Assembly: GCA_964639665.1 (NCBI GenBank)
Contig: CAZXEU010000045.1
Location: 2,367 to 66,366, forward strand
Reading direction: 5' to 3'
Length of the DNA stretch: 64,000 nucleotides
Source of the DNA: an uncultured Rhodothermaceae bacterium
GTDB taxonomy: Bacteria > Bacteroidota > Rhodothermia > Rhodothermales > Bin80
Part shown: positions 9,516 through 17,973 of the stretch, in pieces
Layout: each line of letters starts with the position of its first letter
How positions within the stretch are numbered: the stretch's first letter is position 1
Program-made: the position numbers and the translations under genes
Notes under the pieces: generated by a model
Database searches by the model: none
Seen by the model: only the letters and a program-made list of their open reading frames with translations
Told to the model about the DNA's origin: nothing

Positions 9516-10391
9516 TCAGCGACGCATTCTGCGGCGGCCGCTGCGAAAGATGGGGGAATTGAGGCTGGTAACCGCATCGCTAGCCATCCAAAGCGAGGGT
9601 GGTCGGCCTCCGCGAGAATGCGACAGGGACATGGATTCTGCCGGCGGGGGTGGCGGTGACCCGAAGGAGATGGCCGCAGTCTCGGCTTCTTCCCAGGCCG
9701 GTGGCGGGCCGAATCGCGCGTCAGGTGGCGACGCTTGCCGGCCTGAAGCGTAACCGGGCGCACGCACTCCGATCTTGCTGAAGCAGTCGTTGTCGCGCAC
9801 CTTGCGCTGGAAGTTGCCCGGATCCAGCTCCGTCTCCCAGATGGTCTCGTACACGGTGCGCAGCTCGGTAATGGTAAACCGGGGACCGCAAAACCGGGAT
9901 GCCACGGGAGTGGTCTCGAGCCGGGACTGGAGACGCCGGTAGGCATCCAGGACTATCCGCTTGTGGTCGAATGCCAGCTGGAAGTCCCTGCCTCTTATCG
10001 AAGCCATGGGCACAAGCGCAGCCGATGCAGCGTCGCTACCCCCGACGGGGCGCGGGAGGAACGCGCAGGCTGCCCAGTAGACCACCGTAACCACCCTCAT
10101 GCGGGGGTCTCTCTCTGGCGCGCCGTAGGCATGCAGTTGCTCCATGTAGACCGCCGATGCCTCGATGCCTGTCTCCTCCTCCAGCTCACGCCCGGCTGCC
10201 ACCCGCAGGTCCTCTCCTGGCAGCAGGAATCCGCCGGGCAGCGCCCAGGCTCCCCGGTAGGGAGCTACGCCGCGCTCAATGAGCAGCACCTGGAGCGCAT
10301 CGTCCTCAATGGCAAACAGCACCAGATCCACCGTGACCGCTACCGGAGGGAAGGAGGCCGGGTCGTAGTTGCTGAGTTCTCCTTCTGGCAT
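9516..10391 (-). CDS. Nudix hydrolase-domain transcriptional regulator, NrtR-like (Nudix plus C-terminal winged helix)
   Basis: ORF opens with TTG at 10493 and is trimmed to ATG at 10391 (MPEGELSNYDP...). Nudix box: LPGGFLLPGEDLRVAAGRELEEETGIEA. The C-terminal half, FQLAFDHKRIVLDAYRRLQSRLETTPVASRFCGPRFTITELRTVYETIWETELDPGNFQRKV, matches the NrtR-type wHTH. A Pro-rich tail ends in GGRPPSLWM. Confidence 0.8.
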   Translation of the reverse strand: MPEGELSNYDPASFPPVAVTVDLVLFAIEDDALQVLLIERGVAPYRGAWALPGGFLLPGEDLRVAAGRELEEETGIEASAVYMEQLHAYGAPERDPRMRVVTVVYWAACAFLPRPVGGSDAASAALVPMASIRGRDFQLAFDHKRIVLDAYRRLQSRLETTPVASRFCGPRFTITELRTVYETIWETELDPGNFQRKVRDNDCFSKIGVRAPGYASGRQASPPDARFGPPPAWEEAETAAISFGSPPPPPAESMSLSHSRGGRPPSLWMASDAVTSLNSPIFRSGRRRMRR

Positions 10392-10727
10392 GCTGAAGCC
10401 GGATTCCGGATGGGGGCCTTCAGAATATACGCTTGGGCACGCAGGCGGAATACCTGTGCGCGAGGCGGCGCCCAATAGGTAGCCGATGCTCAAACGTGGT
10501 TTGAGCGCCCGGTCGGGTGGATATGGAGCCCGGCCCGTACGCCCGGTGAAAGAAGCACGTCAGCAAGCTCACTATCAAGGGTTCGCTGCACGGCTAATGT
10601 GGTGGGTAACCCGACTAGCGAAACCACCCTCCCGCCTACCCGGACACGCCACGCGGCGGTGCAGCAACGCGCGCACGCCGGCAAGATTCGTCGCGTCTAC
10701 GTCCATCCTGGAAATTCCAACCGATTA

Positions 10728-10756
10728 TTGACTTAATGACAATAATATATTATATT
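10728..10756 (+). promoter_or_regulatory. Sigma-70-like promoter (TTGACT, 17 bp spacer, TATATT) overlapped by a perfect 12-bp palindrome ATAATATATTAT
   Basis: TTGACT lies at 10728-10733, the spacer at 10734-10750 and TATATT at 10751-10756. The palindrome at 10742-10753 overlaps the -10 element. This is a very AT-rich patch in an otherwise GC-rich intergenic region, 55 nt upstream of the 10811 ATG. A GAGGA lies about 8 nt before that ATG. Confidence 0.5.
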
Positions 10757-10810
10757 CAAGAATACAATAACCCTTCACCGCCTTCCACTCACACTCATGA
10801 GGACCACGAC

Positions 10811-11755
10811 ATGACTGAAGCAAGGAGCATCCCCCACCTCGAAACGGTCTCGGTTGGACGCCCTGTTACGAGGCTTGGAACGTCTTTATTCCCGCTATAC
10901 CTGCACGCAAACGCCTTGCCGGAGATTGCGACAGGCCGGGCGTCCAAACTGATCATCCAAGAGCTGCCCCACGCCTCCGTGCCAAGGCTGTCTGTTCACA
11001 ATCCGGACAAGCTGCCCGTCCTGATCGTGGAAGGCGAACAATTCGAGGGTGGATTGCAGAACCGCACGGTCAACGTAACAATTCTGATTGCACCGGGTAC
11101 GACACTGAAGATTCCCGTTTCCTGCGTAGAGGCCGGTCGGTGGGGCAGACGGCGTGCCTACCGTCGCGGCGCAGATTTCGCCCCGCGGAACGTGCGACAT
11201 CGCGTGCAGGAATCCGTGTCGGAATCCGTTCGCAGGGAGGGCTCCCGTCTATCCGATCAGCGCGCTGTCTGGGAGGCCGTCGATACCGTGCTCGACGATG
11301 TGGACGTGGCATCGGCGACCCGCGCGGTATCGGACGCTTCGCAGGCATTCAGCCGCAATCCGGAGCGCCTGCAAGCGCGGGAGGAACTGGTCTCCATGGG
11401 CCCTCTCCCGGAGCAGTGCGGCGTTGCTTTTTCCCACGGGCCGTGGGTCAGCGAGATTCAGATGTTCGGCGCCCCTCATCTCCTGGCAGAGCACTGGGGA
11501 GCCCTTGTCAGCTCCCACATGCTTTCGCAACCACTCCAGAGAGGCAGGCCGTCCGCAACCGGCGTGCTGGCTGTCCTGGGCCGTTTCGGTTCCTTGCCTT
11601 CCGAGAATTCCCGGGGCGTCGGCCTTGGCACCGAGCACCGGGTCGAAGACGAGTGGGGATCCGGGCAAGCTCTCTCACTGGATGGAGCGTTCCTGCACGG
11701 TACCTATTACACGAAGAAACCGGCCGGCCGCCGCGTCAGGCACAGCGCCCTGTAG
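10811..11755 (+). CDS. ARPP-1 / DUF6569-like protein (uncharacterised family computationally linked to NAD+/ADP-ribose systems)
   Basis: ORF 10736..11755 trimmed to ATG at 10811, because the upstream ATG sits inside the promoter. The core VPRLSVHNPDKLPVLIVEGEQFEGGLQNRTVNVTILIAPGTTLKIPVSCVEAGRW matches my recollection of the family hallmark (...LEGEEL.GAKQNR.LN.S.L......IPVSCVEQGRW). It is followed by ...SDQRAVWEAV...SATRAVSDA. The assignment is from memory and needs an HMM search. Confidence 0.6.
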   Translation: MTEARSIPHLETVSVGRPVTRLGTSLFPLYLHANALPEIATGRASKLIIQELPHASVPRLSVHNPDKLPVLIVEGEQFEGGLQNRTVNVTILIAPGTTLKIPVSCVEAGRWGRRRAYRRGADFAPRNVRHRVQESVSESVRREGSRLSDQRAVWEAVDTVLDDVDVASATRAVSDASQAFSRNPERLQAREELVSMGPLPEQCGVAFSHGPWVSEIQMFGAPHLLAEHWGALVSSHMLSQPLQRGRPSATGVLAVLGRFGSLPSENSRGVGLGTEHRVEDEWGSGQALSLDGAFLHGTYYTKKPAGRRVRHSAL

Positions 11756-12532
11756 CATAAATCTGCCGAGAAGTCCTTCTGGAGAAGGTGAGCGAGGCCG
11801 TTGAATCATGCTTTCCGGCCGGAGAGCTCCGAGTCTAAATCGCTTCGAGAGATTAGTGTGAACAGCTGGAAAAGTATCTTGGCCCGAAATACTGCATCCA
11901 GCGCGGATCCGGCCTGGCCAACAGGCAGCAAGGCGCAAAGAGGTGCAGCGGCGCGCGGCATGGATAGAGTGGAGGTCAACAGGATATTGGGGCCCCTTGG
12001 CCACCATCCTCCGCGGTCAATGTCAGTGCAATCCATCAGTCCCGTGCAGTATGATGTGAGCGCCCTGATCGGGTCGCCGGGCGAGCCTGTCGGAAGGAGG
12101 CAGGCCCCGATGTGGCAACTCGTGAAGGACTGCGACCGGCCAGAAGCAATAGACCGGATGGCCAAGAACCCGGCGCCTGTCATTTCCGGGAATCTGAAGA
12201 ACAAAACAGAATGCCGGAACGGCCAATGCTCATTTCTTGTTCGTTCAAGGTTTGTTTTTGCTGGGCAAGGCTCGCTGGCCATTTCGCCCTGCCGAATACC
12301 GTTAACGCCACCCTCGATTCCTTGCGCCCGCCGACGTTCCAGCAGCTTACAGAACGCGGCCGGGTCCTGGCAGAGCGACGCGTCGCAGAGTCAGCCCTCA
12401 CCAACATGGGCCACAAGTTTACGACGCCTTAGCACGCGATGGGCAAGACGCGCAGAATCCGTGAGGGCGTAATGGAGCAACTGCACACAAGCCCCTTTCG
12501 GCTGCCCGACGCCCAAGACATTGTAGACCGGG

Positions 12533-13900
12533 ATGCCTTTGACGCCTGAATGCCAGCACGTCGAGTGGAAGCGATCTTGGCGGGACGAGTACTTGAAGTG
12601 GATCTGCGGGTTTGCCAACGCGCAGGGCGGCGTTCTCCAGATCGGCAAGCGCGACTCTGGAGAGGTCGTAGGAGTCGAGCGAGTCCTCAGGCTGCTTGAG
12701 GAGATTCCCGGCAAGGTGCAGTCTCTGCTCGGCATTGTCGTGGACGTGAACCTGAAGTCGGAGTCTGGTCGCGAATACCTTTAAATCGCGGTGGAGCCAC
12801 ACCCGGACCCGATCAGCTACAAGGGGGAGTTCCACTATCGCAGCGGAAGCACGAAACAAGTGCTGAGGGGTGCCTCGCTAAGCCGCTTCCTGCTTAAACG
12901 GTACGGACGGACATGGGACGACGTGCCGCTGCCAGGCGTTGGCCTTACGGACCTTGACGGGCGGGCGGGCGAATCGTTTTGCCAAAGGGCCGCTGAAAGC
13001 GGCCGACTACCGGCGGAGGTCGTCGGAAAATCGGTCGAGAGCGTTGTCGAGAACCTGAACCTCCGGGACGGCGGGCGCCTCAAGAGAGCTGCGGCGCTTC
13101 TATTCCATTCGTCGCCCGAACGGATCGTACCGGACGCGAATGTCAAGATCGGCTAATTCCGGGGCTCGGAGTTACTCTTTCAGGACGAGGTCAAGGGCAA
13201 CCTGTTCATGCAGGTAGATCGCGTGATGGACCTGCTCTATTCAAAGTACACGCGCGGCCTCGTCTCCTACGACGGCATCTACCGGTTGGAGACCTTCCCT
13301 GTGCCACGCGAGGCGATGCGTGAAGTGGTGATCAATGCGGTCATCCACCGTGACTACGCGAGCGCCACGACGATCCAGATTCGGGTTCAGGACGATCGGA
13401 TTGCGATCTGGAATGCAGCCAATCTGAATCCCGAATGGACGGCTGAACTGCTTACCGAGGAAATGGCGTCCCGGCCACATAATCCACGTATCGCCTACGC
13501 CTTCTTCCGGGCCGGCATGATCGAGGCATGGGGGCGCGGCATACGGCGGGTAATGGACATCTGCCGAGAGGCCGTGAATCCGGTGCCGACCTGGCGACTC
13601 GAGCCGGGCGGGGATGGGTTATGGGTCCAGTTTCTGTTCTCGGACACCTACCAAGCGGCCGACGCGGCGGTGCGAGAAAGTGGTGCATGGGACACTACCC
13701 AGAAAACTACCCAGAAGTCCACGCGGGACCGGATCATTGATTGCCTTGGCGCCGAGCCCAGGCTGACCCGAGCGGAACTCGCCGAGCGCGTCGGCCTGTC
13801 GCCGGAGGGTATAAAGTACTACTTGCGGAACCTGAAAGCGGACGGACTCATCCGGCGAGTCGGCTCGGACAGGGCGGGCTACTGGGAGGTGCTCAAGTGA
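12533..13900 (+). pseudogene. Schlafen/AlbA_2-type ATP-binding putative transcriptional regulator (AlbA_2, HATPase_c_4-like and C-terminal wHTH domains), interrupted by two in-frame TAA codons
   Basis: Three track ORFs (12533..12784, 12791..13156, 13208..13900) are all in one frame. Read-through gives a contiguous 456-codon protein: ...ECQHVEWKRSW...ICGFANAQGGVLQIG...REYL*IAVEPHPDPISYKGEFHYRSGSTKQVL...VKIG*FRGSELLFQDEVKGNLFMQVD...INAVIHRDY...RPHNPRIAYAFFRAGMIEAWGRGI...LTRAELAERVGLSPEGIKYYLRNLKADGLIRRVG. The stops are at 12782-12784 and 13154-13156. Confidence 0.75.
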
Positions 13901-14335
13901 CCGGCCAAGGCGAACTCGACTTCAGTACACGCCGGCGAATCTTCGCCGGAACTGGCACTGCAACCGAGGCTTGGTGCCGAGAATTCGTGCGGTAGTCGAC
14001 TGTATCGCGCAACAGTTGCGAGGACCTCTGCGCACGGGCGCAACATGGCAGGGCCCGGGATCCGGTGCCGGACGACGACCCTTCTTGAGCCGTACGGCAG
14101 GGCCTCCTGAACAGCTACTTGGCTGCTGGAAGGGCGCTATGGCTTGGGGAGGCCAACTGCCCCCCGGCCGGTAGTCTATCAGGCTCCCCTGCCCTCCGCT
14201 TCGCAACGCGGCATGGCACCCGGCGCGATTGCCAGCCGGACGGTCAGCGCCCGGCTGGCTTGTCCCACATCCGCAACTTGCCCAAGGCCTGACCGGTTTG
14301 TAGCTTGCTTTCCTACCAACCGGAACACCAGACAC

Positions 14336-15334
14336 ATGAAAACACGCAAACTATTGATACCCTGCCTCCTGTTTTCCCTGCCCTTGACGGGACAGGTGGC
14401 CGCGCAGGACGACGCCGATGCATTTATGGGCCGGTGGGCCCTCCACCTGCCCGGTGGAGCGGGCTGGCTCGAAGTCCATGACGACCACGGCTATCTGGAT
14501 GCGTCGCTTCTCTGGTACGGCGGTAGTGTCCTGCCCGTGGCCAGCGCCAACATTTCAGACGGAGTGCTGACCGTTACCAGGACCAATTCCGTAAACCGGG
14601 GAGCTGGTCGCACGCACACCATCACGAATACGCTTGAGCTCAAGGTGGACGGCGATGGCATTAGCGGAACGGCTGTCTTCCCGAGCCGCACCGGCCTGGG
14701 CCGACAAATGGTGGAATTCCGGGGCGAGCGCATCCCCGATCTGCCTCCCACGCCCGATATGTCGCAGATCACGTACGGAGAACCTGTGGAGCTCTTTAAC
14801 GGCACGGACCTCGCCGGTTGGTCCCTGGTCAATCCCGACCAGAAGAACGGGTTCATGGTCGAAGACGGGATCCTGATCAACAATCCCGTGCAGCCGGAAG
14901 GCGAAGAGTATGTCTCGTATGGCAACCTGCGCACCGATGCCACATTCGAAGACTTTCGGCTGACGCTTGATGTCAATGTGCCGGAAGGCAGCAACAGCGG
15001 CGTCTACCTGCGCGGCATCTACGAAGTCCAGGTCGTGGACAGCTACGGGCGCGAGGCGGACTCGCACAATATGGGAGGACTCTACAGCCGCATTACCCCG
15101 AATGCCACGGCCGAGAAGCCGGCCGGCGAATGGCAGACCATGGACATGACGCTGTACAAGCGCCACCTGACCGTCGTTCTGAATGGCACCAAGATCATTG
15201 ACAATCAGCCCGTTCTCGGCGTAACGGGCGGAGCGCTTACGGCAGACGAGCATTCGCCCGGACCCATCTACCTTCAGGGCGACCATGGGCGCGTTCTCTA
15301 CCGCAACCTCGTACTTACGCCCATCATCAATTGA
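14336..15334 (+). CDS. DUF1080 (3-keto-disaccharide hydrolase-like) domain protein, secreted
   Basis: ORF 14144..15334 trimmed to ATG at 14336 (MKTRKLLIPCLLFSLPLTGQVAAQ). The C-terminal half, FNGTDLAGWSLV...GNLRTDATFEDFRLTLDVNVPEGSNSGVYLRG.YEVQVVDSYG...GPIYLQGDHGRVLYRNLVL, is typical of DUF1080. Confidence 0.85.
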   Translation: MKTRKLLIPCLLFSLPLTGQVAAQDDADAFMGRWALHLPGGAGWLEVHDDHGYLDASLLWYGGSVLPVASANISDGVLTVTRTNSVNRGAGRTHTITNTLELKVDGDGISGTAVFPSRTGLGRQMVEFRGERIPDLPPTPDMSQITYGEPVELFNGTDLAGWSLVNPDQKNGFMVEDGILINNPVQPEGEEYVSYGNLRTDATFEDFRLTLDVNVPEGSNSGVYLRGIYEVQVVDSYGREADSHNMGGLYSRITPNATAEKPAGEWQTMDMTLYKRHLTVVLNGTKIIDNQPVLGVTGGALTADEHSPGPIYLQGDHGRVLYRNLVLTPIIN

Positions 15335-15365
15335 CATCCTGTTCCACTATCCGGCCAGTTGCCTC

Positions 15366-16715
15366 ATGCCCCAGCACATTACCGTCAGCCGAAGAGACTT
15401 CATGCGAATGGGCGCCCTGGGCACTGCCGCTGTGGGCATGGGAGCCCGCACGGGCGCGGCCACTGCCAGGGCGGTACCACCGAGCGAACGCATCACGCTC
15501 GGCTTCATTGGAGTAGGTGCCCGAGCGCACCAGCTCATTGAGGCCCTGAATGCGTTCCCCGAGGCCGAGATCGTGGCCGTCTGCGACGCCTACAAGGGCA
15601 GGGTCAGCCGCGCCGTCGCCCGAACCGGCGGTCGCGCCCAGGCCCATGACGACTACCGCGAAATCATCGAGCGGCCCGATATCGACGCAGTGGTGATTTC
15701 GACTCCCGACCACTGGCACTACAGGCATAGCGTCGATGCTCTGAATGCGGGCAAACATGCCTACATCGAAAAGCCGATGACGTACTCCGTTGACGAGGGC
15801 CTCGGCATCATCGAAGCACAGCGCCAGAGCGGAGTCGCCGTGCAGGTTGGAAGTCCTGGTCCCAGCGGAGTGCTTGCACAACAGGCACGGCAAATGATCA
15901 CGGCCGGAAAGATCGGCCAGGTAACCATGGTGCGCGCCGCCATGAACCGCAATACGGCCTCCGGTGCCTGGATATATCCCATCCCGCCGGATGCTTCGCC
16001 GCAAACGGTTGACTGGGAGCTTTTCCTTGGAAACGCGCCGAAGCTGCCGTATAGCCCGGAGCGCTTTTTCCGCTGGCGGTGCTACCGGGATTATTCCGGC
16101 GGCATGTCCACGGACCTGTATGTTCATACGTGCACAACCATAAACTTCGTCATGGGCGCACCCATGCCGGAGAGCGCCGTCGCAATGGGCGGGCTCTACA
16201 GGTGGAAGCATTCTAGGGATGTGCCCGATACCATCAATGCATCGCTGAAGTATCCCGAGGGATTTCTCGTCAGCCTGAGCGGTACCTTCAGCAACCAGGG
16301 CGGCGCCGCGGGCGGCATACGGTTCCTGGGTACCGAGGGCTCGCTTATACTGGGCCAGACGCTAACCTTCATTCCGGAGCATGTGAACGAAAGCAACGGC
16401 TGGATCGTGGACAGCTGGCCGGAGGACCTGGCGAGGGACTACTACGAAGATCCGGACGTCCGCCAGGCCGAGCTGCCGCGCTCCCGCGAGGCGCGCGCAC
16501 TCGCGCCACGTGAAGTCTACCAGGCGGAAGGGGAGTCGGATATCATGGCCCACCTTGCGGAGTTCTTCCATGCGGTGCGCGAGGGCGTTCCTACGCGCGA
16601 AGACGCTACGGTAGGACATCACGCGGCTTCCTGCGCGCACATGATCAATATCGCGCTGGACCGCCAAGGTGTCGTGCGCTGGGATGCCGGCAAGGACACG
16701 CTGGCTGCCGGCTGA
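15366..16715 (+). CDS. Gfo/Idh/MocA family oxidoreductase with Tat signal (periplasmic)
   Basis: Trimmed to ATG at 15366. MPQHITVSRRDFMRMGALGTAAVGMGA is a twin-arginine signal. The Rossmann start is ITLGFIGVGARAHQ, followed by VVISTPDHWH and the EKPM motif. Confidence 0.9.
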   Translation: MPQHITVSRRDFMRMGALGTAAVGMGARTGAATARAVPPSERITLGFIGVGARAHQLIEALNAFPEAEIVAVCDAYKGRVSRAVARTGGRAQAHDDYREIIERPDIDAVVISTPDHWHYRHSVDALNAGKHAYIEKPMTYSVDEGLGIIEAQRQSGVAVQVGSPGPSGVLAQQARQMITAGKIGQVTMVRAAMNRNTASGAWIYPIPPDASPQTVDWELFLGNAPKLPYSPERFFRWRCYRDYSGGMSTDLYVHTCTTINFVMGAPMPESAVAMGGLYRWKHSRDVPDTINASLKYPEGFLVSLSGTFSNQGGAAGGIRFLGTEGSLILGQTLTFIPEHVNESNGWIVDSWPEDLARDYYEDPDVRQAELPRSREARALAPREVYQAEGESDIMAHLAEFFHAVREGVPTREDATVGHHAASCAHMINIALDRQGVVRWDAGKDTLAAG

Positions 16716-17031
16716 AGCCGCTCCCGGATCCCCGTGGCAATTGCGCACCAGGCTGACCGAAGCGCCGATTGCGGCCCGCACACCTGCCGCTTCGCGGGCG
16801 GAATTGGCCTCCTGCCTGGTTGCCCTCCGCGCGGGCTCGGGCACAATGCTGAGCATACCCCGCGGCGGCCAGGCGGCAGGCGGCCTTCACGCTCCCCCGC
16901 CACCCGGGCGCGCGGGTGTTACCGATTATGCTGGCCGCCCTGCCACACCACGTGCCTCCCGCCCGGGCAGCCAGTCTATGCCGGTTGCAACTGCTCCGGT
17001 TCGCCGTGCCCTGTACGCGCTATGAACAGAG

Positions 17032-17955
17032 CTACCCGTCCTCGGCCGCGAGTTCCGTGCGGGCCGCTACAAGCGCATCGCGCACCTCGACGATGCCCTC
17101 GATTTCCCGGTCCCTCGGACCGTGTTCAATGCCGCAGTATCCGTTATAGCCTGCATCGAGCACTATGCGCAGCATCCGGACGTAGTCCAGAGGGCTCGCA
17201 TTGCCGTGGTCATCAAATACCATCGGCTTGACGCTTACGCCCGTGGCATAGGGCATGAGTTCCTCGACGCCCCTGTACGAGTCGTACGTTCTTTCTTCGC
17301 TGATGCGAAAGTTGCCAAAATCCGGCAGCGTGCCCGCGCGCGGATGGTCCGCCATTTCTATTACGCTCCTGAGCCACTTGCCGTCGCTGAAATAGCCACC
17401 GTGGTTTTCAATGATCACGTGCTGGTCATGCTCATCACCGAACTCGCAGAGCTGATGCAGGCCGTCCGCGACAAGCTTCATCTGCTCCTCCGCCGTTCCT
17501 TCGCTGTAACCATTGACGCGAATCGAGTGGCAGCCCAGGAACGCTGCGGCCGTGACCCACTTGTAATGGTTTTCCACGGCCTGTCGACGCATGTCCGCGT
17601 CGGGGTCGCCCAGGTTTCCCTCTGCATCGCACATGATGAGCACGCTCTCTACTCCCTCTCCATCGGCCCGCGTCTTCATTTCGCGAAGGTACTCCATGTC
17701 CTCCGCCTTGCCCTTGTAGAACTGGTTCACGTACTCGATGCCGTAAATGTCGTTTTCCGCCGCTATGCGGGCAAAATCAAGCGGATCCGTTTGGCCGGCA
17801 AAAATGGAGCGGTACATGGACCACTGCGCCAACGAGATCTTGAACAGCTCGTCAGACTGTGGCCCGGCCACAGCCGCGCGGGCCAGGCCAAGGCCTGCAG
17901 CGGCAAACGCTGTATGCTTGAGAAATGAGCGGCGGGATACGTGCTGCATCGTCAT
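17032..17955 (-). CDS. Sugar phosphate isomerase/epimerase (xylose-isomerase-like TIM barrel) with Tat signal
   Basis: MTMQHVSRRSFLKHTAFAAAGLGLARAAVA is a Tat signal. The rest has AP_endonuc_2/TIM-barrel-like content (IENHGGYFSDG..., CGIEHGP). Confidence 0.85.
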   Translation of the reverse strand: MTMQHVSRRSFLKHTAFAAAGLGLARAAVAGPQSDELFKISLAQWSMYRSIFAGQTDPLDFARIAAENDIYGIEYVNQFYKGKAEDMEYLREMKTRADGEGVESVLIMCDAEGNLGDPDADMRRQAVENHYKWVTAAAFLGCHSIRVNGYSEGTAEEQMKLVADGLHQLCEFGDEHDQHVIIENHGGYFSDGKWLRSVIEMADHPRAGTLPDFGNFRISEERTYDSYRGVEELMPYATGVSVKPMVFDDHGNASPLDYVRMLRIVLDAGYNGYCGIEHGPRDREIEGIVEVRDALVAARTELAAEDG

Positions 17956-17973
17956 GGCTTCCCTCAGAGTATG

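Noticed and set aside
10494-10727. Possible SRP (4.5S) RNA or other known ncRNA in the Nudix/ARPP-1 intergenic region (CCCGGTGAAAGAAGCACG resembles the SRP domain IV region)
   Set aside because: The flanking bases do not form the GNRA-tetraloop helix with the symmetric-loop AGCA/GGCAG motifs of SRP RNA. There is no convincing overall hairpin of the right size.
11801-12472. 223-aa plus-strand and 158-aa minus-strand ORFs downstream of the ARPP-1-like gene
   Set aside because: The composition is Ser/Arg/Pro-rich, with no family-like motif, and the region has inconsistent frame quality. It is treated as non-coding or eroded sequence and reported as a finding rather than a gene.
13931-13950. Hairpin CCGGCGAA-TC-TTCGCCGG about 30 nt after the Schlafen-type gene, and CCTTC-TGGA-GAAGG at about 11775-11789 after the ARPP-1-like gene, as terminators
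   Set aside because: Neither is followed by a T-tract, the loops are very short, and such GC palindromes are frequent in this composition. They are too weak to call as terminators.
9516-14335. Accessory stretch as an integrated mobile element or genomic island
   Set aside because: I could find no integrase, transposase, tRNA gene or flanking direct repeats; only short shared 8-mers link the 10.5-10.7 kb and 13.9-14.3 kb flanks. The lower GC is an impression by eye, not a computed value.
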